A DNA stretch of 44,037 bases from a virus. The DNA is taken from positions 1 to 44,037 of the IMG/VR virus record IMGVR_UViG_3300037258_000330. The stretch is one strand, 5' to 3'. The notes under the pieces were generated by a model that worked only from the letters and a program-made list of their open reading frames with translations, did no database searches and was not told the origin of the DNA. Each line of letters opens with the position of its first letter. Position 1 is the stretch's first letter. Of this stretch, positions 26,761 through 35,111 are shown piece after piece. The translations under genes and the position numbers were made by a program.

Positions 26761-26899
26761 GGGTAGAAACCTTGGGGGTTCGTAGTTGTCGAACAGGCCC
26801 AGGGCGTAGACTTGCGGACGGACGGGGGGCGTCACGTTCGGCGGCGGTGGTCGTCGTCGTGCTCGCCTGGTGCGTCGCTATCTCTCGTCAGGGTCGGAC

Positions 26900-27826
26900 T
26901 CAGACTCGACCTCGAGCGAGGTCGTGAGTGTCTCGGAGGGTCTGCTCGGTCAAGAGGCAGAGATGGGCGGCGAGCGACCGGCACGTGATCGCCACCAGGT
27001 CCTCGACGGTGTAAGTGCGGACGCCGTCCGGTAGCGGCGGGATCACGGGCACGGGCGCGGCCCGCTCCGGCGCCGGCTCGGGGTGCTCGAGGGCGGCCTC
27101 GGCCTCGGCCTGGCTCTCGTGCCGGCTCACGACCTGGCCGTCGCACTCGACGCACCAGCCGCCGTCACGCTCGACGACCGAGCGGCCGTCTTTCGTCTTG
27201 GTCGCATAGCCGCCGGTTTCGCCCGATCCCTCGGCCATGTCGCGCGTCGCTGCGGGGAGCTCGGCCCGCGCGGCGTCGGGGATCCAGAGCCCGCGCTCGA
27301 CGGCCACGGCCAGCGCTTCGGGGTTGCCCGGGTACGCCACGGCCGAGTAGCCGGCCAGCTCCCACCGCCGGAAGATGCACTCCGCGCCGGCCCAGTCCGG
27401 CCGGCTCCGGAGCTCGTCGGCCGTTGGCCGGCCGGACTGGGCCGGCTCCGGGATGAAGTCGACCGAGAAGGAAGTGAGCGTCCCATCAACGTAGTTTTGA
27501 AAGATCCGGTCGGAGTACTCGTCCGACTTGAACTGCGTCACGGCCAGGATGTCGTCCTCGGCCCGGCGATACTTGATGCTCGAGCAGTGACCGACCGGCT
27601 GCGACCCGCGCGTCGGGTCCTGGCCGTGTTGCCAGAGCACCGCGGGGTTTTTCACGAACGACCGGAAGTCGGCCCCCCCCGGCACGACGACGGTCCGGTA
27701 CCGGTCGACGACGGCCGTGTTGATTTTCGCGACGACCGACCGGCGGGGCTTCGACACGTCGTCGATCACGGCGCGAAAAGCGCGCGACTGCGGACCGCTC
27801 GGTGGGGGAGTGGCGGCTTCGGCCAT
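26900..27826 (-). CDS. HK97-family prohead protease (S78/U35-like) with C-terminal extension
   Basis: VLWQHG...PVGH and LTSFSVDF match the family His/Ser regions. It sits directly upstream of the capsid gene. Confidence 0.8.
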   Translation of the reverse strand: MAEAATPPPSGPQSRAFRAVIDDVSKPRRSVVAKINTAVVDRYRTVVVPGGADFRSFVKNPAVLWQHGQDPTRGSQPVGHCSSIKYRRAEDDILAVTQFKSDEYSDRIFQNYVDGTLTSFSVDFIPEPAQSGRPTADELRSRPDWAGAECIFRRWELAGYSAVAYPGNPEALAVAVERGLWIPDAARAELPAATRDMAEGSGETGGYATKTKDGRSVVERDGGWCVECDGQVVSRHESQAEAEAALEHPEPAPERAAPVPVIPPLPDGVRTYTVEDLVAITCRSLAAHLCLLTEQTLRDTHDLARGRV

Positions 27827-27849
27827 CGGATGGAATCTCGTTGATCAGG

Positions 27850-28050
27850 TCAGGGGATGCGGACGAGCTCGGCGCGCTGGACGTCGCGGAACACTTCGAG
27901 CGACTCGACGGCCCGCGGATCGGCGATCCCGTACACGGTCGAGTGGTAGAGGACGGGGCCGGTCACGAAGAGCGCCCGCTCGAGTGCGTTGAGGTTCGCC
28001 GGCGACGGGTCGCTCTCGAACGCGGCGATCAGGTCGGAGACGTACGTCAT
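27850..28050 (-). CDS. Hypothetical head-module protein (66 aa)
   Basis: ATGA overlap with the upstream gene. Internal Met of track ORF 27850..28230. Confidence 0.55.
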   Translation of the reverse strand: MTYVSDLIAAFESDPSPANLNALERALFVTGPVLYHSTVYGIADPRAVESLEVFRDVQRAELVRIP

Positions 28051-28247
28051 GGTGTGTCTTTCAGGCCGCCGGCCGCCGGCTCGAAATGAATGCCGTGATC
28101 GCCGGCATACGGCTGCTTGTGATCGTGCTTGTTGAACAGGATGGCATCGGGGATACCCTTGCCGTCCGGATAGGCGTTGCAGGTCATCGGGCCCGGGCCG
28201 TCGGGCCGGTAGTGCCGGCACGAAAGGCACTGGGGAAATATCGTCAT
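28047..28247 (-). CDS. Small Cys/His protein (66 aa; CLSC...C)
   Basis: ATGA overlaps at both ends. Contains CLSCRHYRPDGPGPMTCNAYPDGKGIPDAI. Confidence 0.6.
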   Translation of the reverse strand: MTIFPQCLSCRHYRPDGPGPMTCNAYPDGKGIPDAILFNKHDHKQPYAGDHGIHFEPAAGGLKDTP

Positions 28248-29806
28248 GGCAATGGTCCGCCGTAGGCGAGGTAGAGGCGAGTCACTTCGGCATTATAGGA
28301 CTTGCCCGCAGCCAGGCCGGCATACATCTCAGCCACGAACTCGGCCGGCTCTTGCGCGGCATAGCGACTCACGTGCTGCGCGACGAACGCTTTCTCGGCC
28401 GCCGAGAACGTGCCGGTCCCGACCAACTTGTACTGCGCGTCGCCAAGATTCGCGTGGTGTTTGGCGTGGCCAACCTCGTGCACGATGATGTGATTGGGTT
28501 CGCTCGTTGAGAACCACGGCGGCTGCTTGCGATTCGCGGCGAGCATCCACCCAGCCGGGTCGCGCCAGTAGTCATGCGTCTCGTTGATCAGGATCCTCTC
28601 GCCGGCCGCCTCATAGGCCGCCGGCACACGCGCCGCATGGACCGCCCCTACCTGGCTCGTAATGAACGCGGCCCCGTGGCGATCAACCTTGACCTGCCGC
28701 GCCCGCGCATAATCGACGGCCTCATCGATCGGCGTCTTGGGCGGAGGGCCAGGCGCTGGCGGCGGAACTGGCGCCGGCGCTGGCGCCGGCGGTGGCGGGG
28801 TCGGCATCACCGGCGCTTTCGGCGGCGGCTTGGTCGGCCGCGGCTTCGGCCGGTCCGGCTCCGGCTTGGGGACCGGTTTGCCGGCCGGCGGCGTGTACTT
28901 GTCGCCCAGGCCCTTTTGCGGCTGGTCGAGAGTCTTCCCCCACTCCGGATCGACCGGGCCGCCGTACTCCGGCTTCAACACCTCGATCATCGTGCACTGG
29001 CAGTGCGGGTGCAGCGGCGGGTACTTCACGTTGCGGTAGTGCGGGTTGTTGCCGATCGTCGCGAACGACTGGCCGAGCTGGACCCGCTTGCACTCGGTCG
29101 CGATCTTGCGGCAGAGCGGACACGCGTCCGACGACAGCAAGAGCTCGAGCCCGGCGACAACCTCACTCTCATGGTCGGCCAGGTCCTGCGCGGCGTGCAC
29201 GGCTCGGCTGGCTTCGGTCGCGGCGATCATCCGGGCGTGGCTGTTCGACAGCCGCTCGAAGACGTATTGGACTCGCGCCGCCAACTCACGAATGGACTCT
29301 CCCTCCTCGACCATCCCGATCACGAGCTCCTGCCGGAGCTGAGTCAGGGCCTGCGCGAGCGTCTTGTTGGTCGAGCCGTTCGTTGTCTGCGAGAACGCCA
29401 GCGCTTGCTGCCGGATCGCGGCCGCGAGATGGGGATTGACCACCCGCCACTCGTCCGCGTCGAGGCCGAGCCGGGCGTAGACCTGCTTGCCCGACTTGTC
29501 CCAGTAGCTGGCCAAAAGCGGCGTCATCGCCTTGGCCATCGGGTCGACCCAGTCGTCGGCCGTCAGGTCCGGGAACGCCCCCGGCAGGCCCGTGTTGGGG
29601 ATGGCGTCGAGCACCGCCCGCTCTTGCTTCGCGAGCCAGTCGCGGAGCTCGTCGGCGATCGGCTCGCCGTCCGGCAGGCCGTACGTGTTGTCCTCGGCGT
29701 GGTGGCCGCCGTCATCGCCGTCGTGGGCCCGGGCCCGGAGCTGCCGGAGCCGGAGCCAGCCGATAAACATCGCGACCTCGACCAGGTCGTCGTCGAGATC
29801 CGTCAT
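28244..29806 (-). CDS. Head morphogenesis protein (SPP1 gp7 / Mu F family) fused through a Pro-rich linker to an HExxH metallopeptidase-like domain
   Basis: ARMIAATEASRAVHAAQ, DACPLCRKIA and PPLHPHCQCTM are MuF signatures. A linker of about 55 aa is mostly Pro. The C-terminal domain has IIVHEVGHAKHH and a downstream EFVAE. The ATG at 29806 forms an ATGA overlap. Confidence 0.85.
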   Translation of the reverse strand: MTDLDDDLVEVAMFIGWLRLRQLRARAHDGDDGGHHAEDNTYGLPDGEPIADELRDWLAKQERAVLDAIPNTGLPGAFPDLTADDWVDPMAKAMTPLLASYWDKSGKQVYARLGLDADEWRVVNPHLAAAIRQQALAFSQTTNGSTNKTLAQALTQLRQELVIGMVEEGESIRELAARVQYVFERLSNSHARMIAATEASRAVHAAQDLADHESEVVAGLELLLSSDACPLCRKIATECKRVQLGQSFATIGNNPHYRNVKYPPLHPHCQCTMIEVLKPEYGGPVDPEWGKTLDQPQKGLGDKYTPPAGKPVPKPEPDRPKPRPTKPPPKAPVMPTPPPPAPAPAPVPPPAPGPPPKTPIDEAVDYARARQVKVDRHGAAFITSQVGAVHAARVPAAYEAAGERILINETHDYWRDPAGWMLAANRKQPPWFSTSEPNHIIVHEVGHAKHHANLGDAQYKLVGTGTFSAAEKAFVAQHVSRYAAQEPAEFVAEMYAGLAAGKSYNAEVTRLYLAYGGPLP

Positions 29807-30084
29807 GAGCCTTTGCCCGCGCGGAGTCGATCGAGCTCGAGCTGGAGCCGGAGCTCGGCAATCTGGCGGTCGAGCTGGGCGACGACGAGCTGGTGGTTGG
29901 CCGCGGCGACGTCGATCACGTGGTTCGCCAGGATCGGCGCCGGCCGGAACAGGATCTCCGGCCCGGCCGGCCCGTACGGGAGCTGGCCCTCGATCCACTT
30001 GCCGCGCTCGATCTCAACGGCCTCTTGCTGCGGGCTCTCGGGGTTGCCGGCCGAGACGACCTGCGCCGGTACCGGAGTGATCAC
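29803..30084 (-). CDS. Hypothetical head-module protein (93 aa, C-terminal coiled coil)
   Basis: The GTG at 30084 forms a GTGA overlap with the SEC-C ORF stop. Confidence 0.55.
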   Translation of the reverse strand: MITPVPAQVVSAGNPESPQQEAVEIERGKWIEGQLPYGPAGPEILFRPAPILANHVIDVAAANHQLVVAQLDRQIAELRLQLELDRLRAGKGS

Positions 30085-30266
30085 GCGGCGGTGTCCGGCA
30101 CGGGTGCGATCGGGGTCCGCAGGAGCAAGCAACACCGTTTGAACTTCCGCCCCGACTTGCACGGACAGGGCGCGTTCCGGAGGATCGCATGCCGGTATTT
30201 GCGGCCGGTCGCCCGGTCGAACAGCACCAGGCGCGGGTCATTGCTCAGGAACATCAGCGGCTTCAC
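30081..30266 (-). CDS. SEC-C motif zinc-binding miniprotein (61 aa)
   Basis: PCPCKSGRKFKRCC is a SecA C-terminal type metal-binding motif. The GTG forms a GTGA overlap with the portal stop. Confidence 0.65.
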   Translation of the reverse strand: MKPLMFLSNDPRLVLFDRATGRKYRHAILRNAPCPCKSGRKFKRCCLLLRTPIAPVPDTAA

Positions 30267-31753
30267 GCGGCACTCTCCATTTCAATCTGCTCGAGCACTC
30301 GGCCGAACCGGTCCCACAATCGTTTCTTCTCCGGATCGCCGGCCGCGGGCCGAGGCTGCGCCGCGGCCTTTTCGGCCACACCCTGCGCATGCTCTCTCGC
30401 CTCGGCCGCGGCCGTCGGTTGCATCTGCGTCGAGGGGAACCACGGCTCGTCACCCCACTCGACCGGATCAAGCCCGTCGTCGGCCCGCGTCTCGTTGATA
30501 TAGCGCGTGCCGTTCTTGATCTGCATGTCGACGATCTTCGCGTGCCGCTCTTCATCGCGCGTCACCGCATCATCGAATGCGAAGAACAGCCGGTCGTCGA
30601 CCGGCCGCGCCGCCTGGTGCGTGAGCGCGTTGGCGATGATGCAACACCGCGGCGCGATCGCGTAATACTGGTGCTGATGCGTCCCCTCGCTCGCGACCGC
30701 CCGGTTCGTGTCCTCGGCCTGCAGGAGCGAGATCGGCACGTCAAAGCAGTTCGCAACGAGCAGCCGCTCCCACTTCGAAATCTCGAGGCCCGACAGGTCC
30801 GCCGGCGGGTACGCGATCGGCTGGACGTCGACCGAGCCGTCGGTCGTCCAGACCCGGCCCTGCCGGCCGCGGCCGAACTTCTGGTTGATGTCGACCTCAA
30901 ACCGCTTCCGCGACGTCTCGTCCCAGGGGTGTTGCAGGCCGTCCTTGGGCGAGATCATGAGCGACATCTGCGCGTCGTTCTTCAGGAACGACTCGACGAC
31001 CGACAGGTAGTAATCACCGAGCCCGACCGACTCGAAGCACGCGTGCAAGGGCGCGTAGGCCGAGAGGTACGGGTCACGAAGCGACACGTACCGGATCCGG
31101 ACCAGGTCCGTCGCCGAGAACTGGTCGCCGAAGTACTTGTACCCGCGGAGGACCTCGGTTCCGGTGCCTTTGATCGCGTAAACATACTGCGATTGGAGAC
31201 CCCAGACCTTCATTCCCTCGCGGGCCTGGCTCGGATCGTTCGATCCGTCGGCCCGGACCGGCCGCTCGGGATAGAGGTAGGCCGCGCCGACGACGTCCAA
31301 CTGGCGGGCGATCAGATTGAGTAACAGGTTGCCGTCGAAGTAGTCGTTGGGCGCGTCCGTGATCGCCGTCAGAAGCGGGTGCTCCGTGATCTCGTCGACC
31401 TGGTCGCCGTCGGCGATCGACCGCGTGAGATATGGGAGCGACCGCAGGTACCGCTGCCGGCCGGTGGAGACCGCCCGACACGACCGGCGGGGGCGCGCCT
31501 GCTTGGGGCTGGTCTTGGCGTACAACCGCAATGGCACACGCGCCACACCGTTCGCATTCAATTGGATGCATGAGTAAGCGACGTTTTTGTAGGCATTGGT
31601 CAACTCATACGGCGTCGGCGGCCGCTTCGAACGCGCGATGTCGAGCCACACCGGCCCGCCGGCGCCGTAGCCGACGGCACCCGAGGCGATGCCGGCCGGC
31701 GCCGATCGCTCGAGCGAATCGAGGTAGGCCGCGACTTCAGAGTGGGTTCGCAC
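30263..31753 (-). CDS. Portal protein (HK97-family type)
   Basis: 496 aa, positioned between terminase and MuF. Typical portal composition with an acidic C-terminal tail. Confidence 0.85.
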   Translation of the reverse strand: MRTHSEVAAYLDSLERSAPAGIASGAVGYGAGGPVWLDIARSKRPPTPYELTNAYKNVAYSCIQLNANGVARVPLRLYAKTSPKQARPRRSCRAVSTGRQRYLRSLPYLTRSIADGDQVDEITEHPLLTAITDAPNDYFDGNLLLNLIARQLDVVGAAYLYPERPVRADGSNDPSQAREGMKVWGLQSQYVYAIKGTGTEVLRGYKYFGDQFSATDLVRIRYVSLRDPYLSAYAPLHACFESVGLGDYYLSVVESFLKNDAQMSLMISPKDGLQHPWDETSRKRFEVDINQKFGRGRQGRVWTTDGSVDVQPIAYPPADLSGLEISKWERLLVANCFDVPISLLQAEDTNRAVASEGTHQHQYYAIAPRCCIIANALTHQAARPVDDRLFFAFDDAVTRDEERHAKIVDMQIKNGTRYINETRADDGLDPVEWGDEPWFPSTQMQPTAAAEAREHAQGVAEKAAAQPRPAAGDPEKKRLWDRFGRVLEQIEMESAA

Positions 31754-31761
31754 GGGGTTAC

Positions 31762-31962
31762 TTACTTGATGCCGTCGGCTTCGAGCTTACGCTTGATGCG
31801 GGCCCGCAGGTTGCGATGCGTCTGATGCACCGACTGATGGGACGTGTTGAGCGCGATCACGGCGTCGGTCGCGTGGCGGAAATCGCGGAGCTCAGTCCGC
31901 GTCTGCGCCTCGGCCATCAGCTCGTCGGCATCGGGGGGGAGATTCAGCTTCGGGTGACTCAT
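31762..31962 (-). CDS. Hypothetical protein (66 aa; possible later start at 31917)
   Basis: High GC3. It overlaps the 3' end of 31892..32164 in another frame. Confidence 0.5.
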   Translation of the reverse strand: MSHPKLNLPPDADELMAEAQTRTELRDFRHATDAVIALNTSHQSVHQTHRNLRARIKRKLEADGIK

Positions 31963-32164
31963 GTGGACTCTCGGGGGTCAAAGTGGTCGAAACGGAATAG
32001 AGCTCGCCGTTCGGTAATCGGTAGATGGAGTAGAGCTTGTCGAACACCGGCCACACGGCGACCAGCTTGCCGTCCGAGGCTCGAAAGACTTCCGGGCCTC
32101 GATAGAAGGGGCCGGGCACGTAAGAAAAGGGCGTCTCGGCCGCCGGCGGCCGATCGGGGATCAT
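31892..32164 (-). CDS. Hypothetical protein (90 aa)
   Basis: ATGA overlap with the upstream stop. The final ~23 codons overlap the next ORF. Confidence 0.5.
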   Translation of the reverse strand: MIPDRPPAAETPFSYVPGPFYRGPEVFRASDGKLVAVWPVFDKLYSIYRLPNGELYSVSTTLTPESPHESPEAESPPRCRRADGRGADAD

Positions 32165-32493
32165 TCGACGACCCGCATTTTCGAACGACGGACCGTGGTG
32201 AATCGACGCACCGAGCCGGCATGCGGACCGTAGTCATAGACCTCGGCAGCAAGCAGATCACCTCGGTCGCCGAGCAGTCCGTTGAGGATGCCCAGCGAAC
32301 AGAGGTAATACCCCACGTACCCGTGACGTTCGTCGTCGCTGACAACTTCCCGGACCGGGATCGTCGGATGGTCGGCCAGCGCCTGGTTGCAGGGCACGAC
32401 GTTCCGTATCAACGCTGTGACCGCCAGCGGGTCGAGCGCGAGCGCCGAGTTCAGGAGCTCGGCCATCTTCCTCGCCGACAGTGAACGTCTCAT
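32161..32493 (-). CDS. Hypothetical protein (110 aa)
   Basis: ATGA overlap with the TerL stop. Confidence 0.6.
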   Translation of the reverse strand: MRRSLSARKMAELLNSALALDPLAVTALIRNVVPCNQALADHPTIPVREVVSDDERHGYVGYYLCSLGILNGLLGDRGDLLAAEVYDYGPHAGSVRRFTTVRRSKMRVVE

Positions 32494-34034
32494 TGCTCGT
32501 CACTCCACCAGTGCGGGTCGTCCGCGTCGGCCTGCCGTTCGAGCGCCCGTTGCCGCTTGGCAACCAGCTCCGCCTCGGCCTCGGCCTTCTCGCGCGCCGC
32601 CCGGAGCTCGTCCGGCTCGGTCGCGGCGCCGCTCCAAAACACGTTCTCGGCCGCCATCGACGTGACGTCGACGACGTCGTCGTGCGCGCCGTCCGGGAAT
32701 GCCTGAAGCTCCGCCTCATAGTCGGCGAGCCAGGGCGCCCGCTCGGGGAAAAACACCTGGCCGGCTTCGACCCGGACGATCGCGGTCTGCGCCCAGCTCA
32801 GCTTGTCCGGATGCTTGGTACAGCCCCTGACCGCCAATCCGGCCCGGCGCATCGTCTGCACCACGCCGAGCTGCATCCCGTTGGCCTCGACCAGGAGATA
32901 CGCGACCGCGTGCCGTCGGCACGTGTCCGCCGCCGCCTTGATGACGTCGGGCGACTCGAGCCGGTCCCGGACGAGGTCGACCAGGATCAGGTCGCTCTCG
33001 AGCGACACGGCCCAGATCGCGATCACGGTGTAGTCGGCCGACGTTTTGATCGAGGTCGCCAGATCGACGGTCCCGAACGACCGGCAGTCGCGGGCCCGTA
33101 CGACACGGACGGTCGCACCGAGCGGGTCGAGCAGCCGGTAGATCCGGTCGCCGTCGTTCCCTTCCGCGCGCCAGTACCGGAACCAGCTCCTCTTGAACGC
33201 GTTCCCCTCGGCCGGCCGCGGCGACCCTTGAAAGAGCGCGTAGAAACTGTTCCGCAGGACCTTCTCGCGCCGCCGCAAGACCTCGATCGGATACCGGTCC
33301 GGGCAGAGCGCTTCGCCCGGCTCGCGGCCGAGCGGGTCATTCTCTTCGGCGATCGCCGGCAGGTTGACGTAGGTCCAATCCGGCCCTTCCTCGGTCCCCT
33401 TGATCCGGCCCTGCAGGTCGTCTTCGTGCCACCTGGTCATCGTGCCGACGATCGCGGCCCCGGGCTCGGCCCGGGTCACGAGGTCGTCGACGTACGAGTC
33501 GTGGACGCGGTTGCGATAGGTTTCGCTGTTCGCCTCGAGCCGCGACTTCACCGGGTCATCGATCAAGATCAGGTTGGCGCCCATTCCGGTGATCCCGACG
33601 CCGATCCCGGCCGCCCGGACTCCGCCGCCGGCGGCCGTCTCCCACTCGCCGGCGGAGTTACGGTCCGTCGAGAGTGGGAGACGTTCGCCGACGATCCGGC
33701 GGATCTTCCGGCTGAATTTCTCGGCCAAGGCCTGCGAGTAGGCCCACACGATGACCCGCAGCGTCGGGTCACACTCGATCCGCCATGCCGCATACCGGAC
33801 CGTATTATGCTCGGTCTTGCCGTGCCGCGGCGGGCACGACATCCATAGCCGGTCGATCTCACCCGACGTGATCCGGCCGAGCTGGCCCCGCATGTACTCG
33901 AGGTGCGGCCAGTCCCAGGTCCAGCTCGGCGACACTTCGCCGAGCCACTCGTCGAACGGCTTCAGACGCGCCCGCCGCCGAAGCTCGAGCTCAGCCGCCG
34001 CTTGAGCCTGCAACGATGGCGCGGAGCTGGTCAT
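32490..34034 (-). CDS. terL: Terminase large subunit
   Basis: Walker A-like CPPRHGKTE and Walker B-like NLILIDDP, with a C-terminal nuclease-type region. 514 aa. Confidence 0.9.
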   Translation of the reverse strand: MTSSAPSLQAQAAAELELRRRARLKPFDEWLGEVSPSWTWDWPHLEYMRGQLGRITSGEIDRLWMSCPPRHGKTEHNTVRYAAWRIECDPTLRVIVWAYSQALAEKFSRKIRRIVGERLPLSTDRNSAGEWETAAGGGVRAAGIGVGITGMGANLILIDDPVKSRLEANSETYRNRVHDSYVDDLVTRAEPGAAIVGTMTRWHEDDLQGRIKGTEEGPDWTYVNLPAIAEENDPLGREPGEALCPDRYPIEVLRRREKVLRNSFYALFQGSPRPAEGNAFKRSWFRYWRAEGNDGDRIYRLLDPLGATVRVVRARDCRSFGTVDLATSIKTSADYTVIAIWAVSLESDLILVDLVRDRLESPDVIKAAADTCRRHAVAYLLVEANGMQLGVVQTMRRAGLAVRGCTKHPDKLSWAQTAIVRVEAGQVFFPERAPWLADYEAELQAFPDGAHDDVVDVTSMAAENVFWSGAATEPDELRAAREKAEAEAELVAKRQRALERQADADDPHWWSDEQ

Positions 34035-34410
34035 CGGTCAGTTTCGACACGTCGATCTCGATCGGTCCGCCGTTCGGCCCGGAGTGCTCGACCTTGGCGT
34101 CGACGGTCCGGCCCCAATTCGCCCGGTCCGAGCGCTCGAGGAACCACGCCGCCGCTTTCCAGTCGCCCTCGCGTCCGGCCTTACGGATCGTCCGGACATG
34201 CTTCGAACGGGCCTCCGCGCGTGACGCGCGGGTAAGCTCCGAGAACTCGCGAAACGGCGACTCACCCGCTTCCCCCCGCTCGATCCAGCGGTGGTAGGTC
34301 GATTCAGCGATACCAGCCATCGCGCACGAATCCGCTATTGAGTTGCCGCGGATAAGGTGCCCGGCGATCTCGATGGCGACGGCGTCGGTCAGTTCGGTAG
34401 GTCGCGACAT
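33991..34410 (-). CDS. terS: Terminase small subunit (HTH)
   Basis: The internal ATG at 34410 gives MSRPTELTDAVAIEIAGHLIRGNSIADSCAMAGIAESTYHRWIERG. It overlaps the TerL start by 44 nt. Confidence 0.75.
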   Translation of the reverse strand: MSRPTELTDAVAIEIAGHLIRGNSIADSCAMAGIAESTYHRWIERGEAGESPFREFSELTRASRAEARSKHVRTIRKAGREGDWKAAAWFLERSDRANWGRTVDAKVEHSGPNGGPIEIDVSKLTDDQLRAIVAGSSGG

Positions 34411-34509
34411 GTTTGAGCACGTTGATGCAGGCGCCGAGGCTGGCCACGGCAATCTCGATCAGTCCGAGGGCCAGCGCGGCCGTGAACACGAGATGCACGA
34501 ACAGATCTC

Positions 34510-34782
34510 TCAATTGAGCTTCTCCGATCCAGGCGGCCTGCGCGGCAGACACTCGAGGATCCCCACCTTGAGCCGGTGCTCGTCGGCGGCGAACCGCCGC
34601 GACTGCGCACCGTCCAGAAAGCTGCGCAGCGCCCCGACGAGCGCGGCGAGCGAAAGCACGAGCGACGGTACCAGCTCCCACGAGGGCCCGTGCCGTAAGA
34701 GCGCGCCGACGAAGTCGCTTACCGCGGCCAAGTTAATGACCGCGAACAACGAAGTCGTCATGTCGTGCCGGTGAGAGATCAT
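34510..34782 (-). CDS. Two-TM small membrane protein (holin-like candidate)
   Basis: Hydrophobic segments are LFAVINLAAVSDFVGALL and LVPSLVLSLAALVGAL. It lies between the metzincin and the terminase genes. Confidence 0.55.
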   Translation of the reverse strand: MISHRHDMTTSLFAVINLAAVSDFVGALLRHGPSWELVPSLVLSLAALVGALRSFLDGAQSRRFAADEHRLKVGILECLPRRPPGSEKLN

Positions 34783-34821
34783 CAGGGTGGGATGGGGGCG
34801 GGTCGGGCCTTGCTTCGTTAC

Positions 34822-35007
34822 TTACGGGTTCGGCGGCGTCACGGCCGCGGCCGTCGAGTGCACCGCGCCGCCGATGCCGAACACGGCCAGGGCCTGCAAG
34901 ATCGACTGGCTCGCGGCCGTCAGGTCTTGCTGGTTCACGGCCTGGTAGACGGCCAGGCCGACGAGACCGACGGCCGGCAGATACGTGAGCACTTGAGCGA
35001 TCGTCAT
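34822..35007 (-). CDS. Small two-TM membrane protein (holin-like candidate, 61 aa)
   Basis: GAGGA is 5 nt upstream. Hydrophobic segments are LPAVGLVGLAVY and ALAVFGIGGAV. Confidence 0.6.
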   Translation of the reverse strand: MTIAQVLTYLPAVGLVGLAVYQAVNQQDLTAASQSILQALAVFGIGGAVHSTAAAVTPPNP

Positions 35008-35111
35008 CGGGAGTCCTCGAGCATGCTTCGGAGCCGCGGCTTACTCGGGAGCTCGTGGGCCGGCAGTGCGACGGCAGTGGCCGGTGACCCGAGGCGCGGC
35101 GTCCGAAATCG

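Noticed and set aside
26761-26835. GTG start at 26835 for the major capsid protein (track ORF start)
   Set aside because: The first 25 codons use several rare-looking codons (cta, ttt, cca, caa, cgt) compared with the rest of the gene. ATG 26760 is preferred, but the longer form cannot be excluded.
34304-34513. TTG-initiated TM ORF (LRDLFVHLVFTAALALGLIEIAVASLGACINVLKH...) as a third lysis-cassette membrane protein
   Set aside because: It would have to overlap the TerS gene by about 107 nt in another frame, and it becomes Arg-rich there. TerS has a clear HTH N-terminus from 34410.
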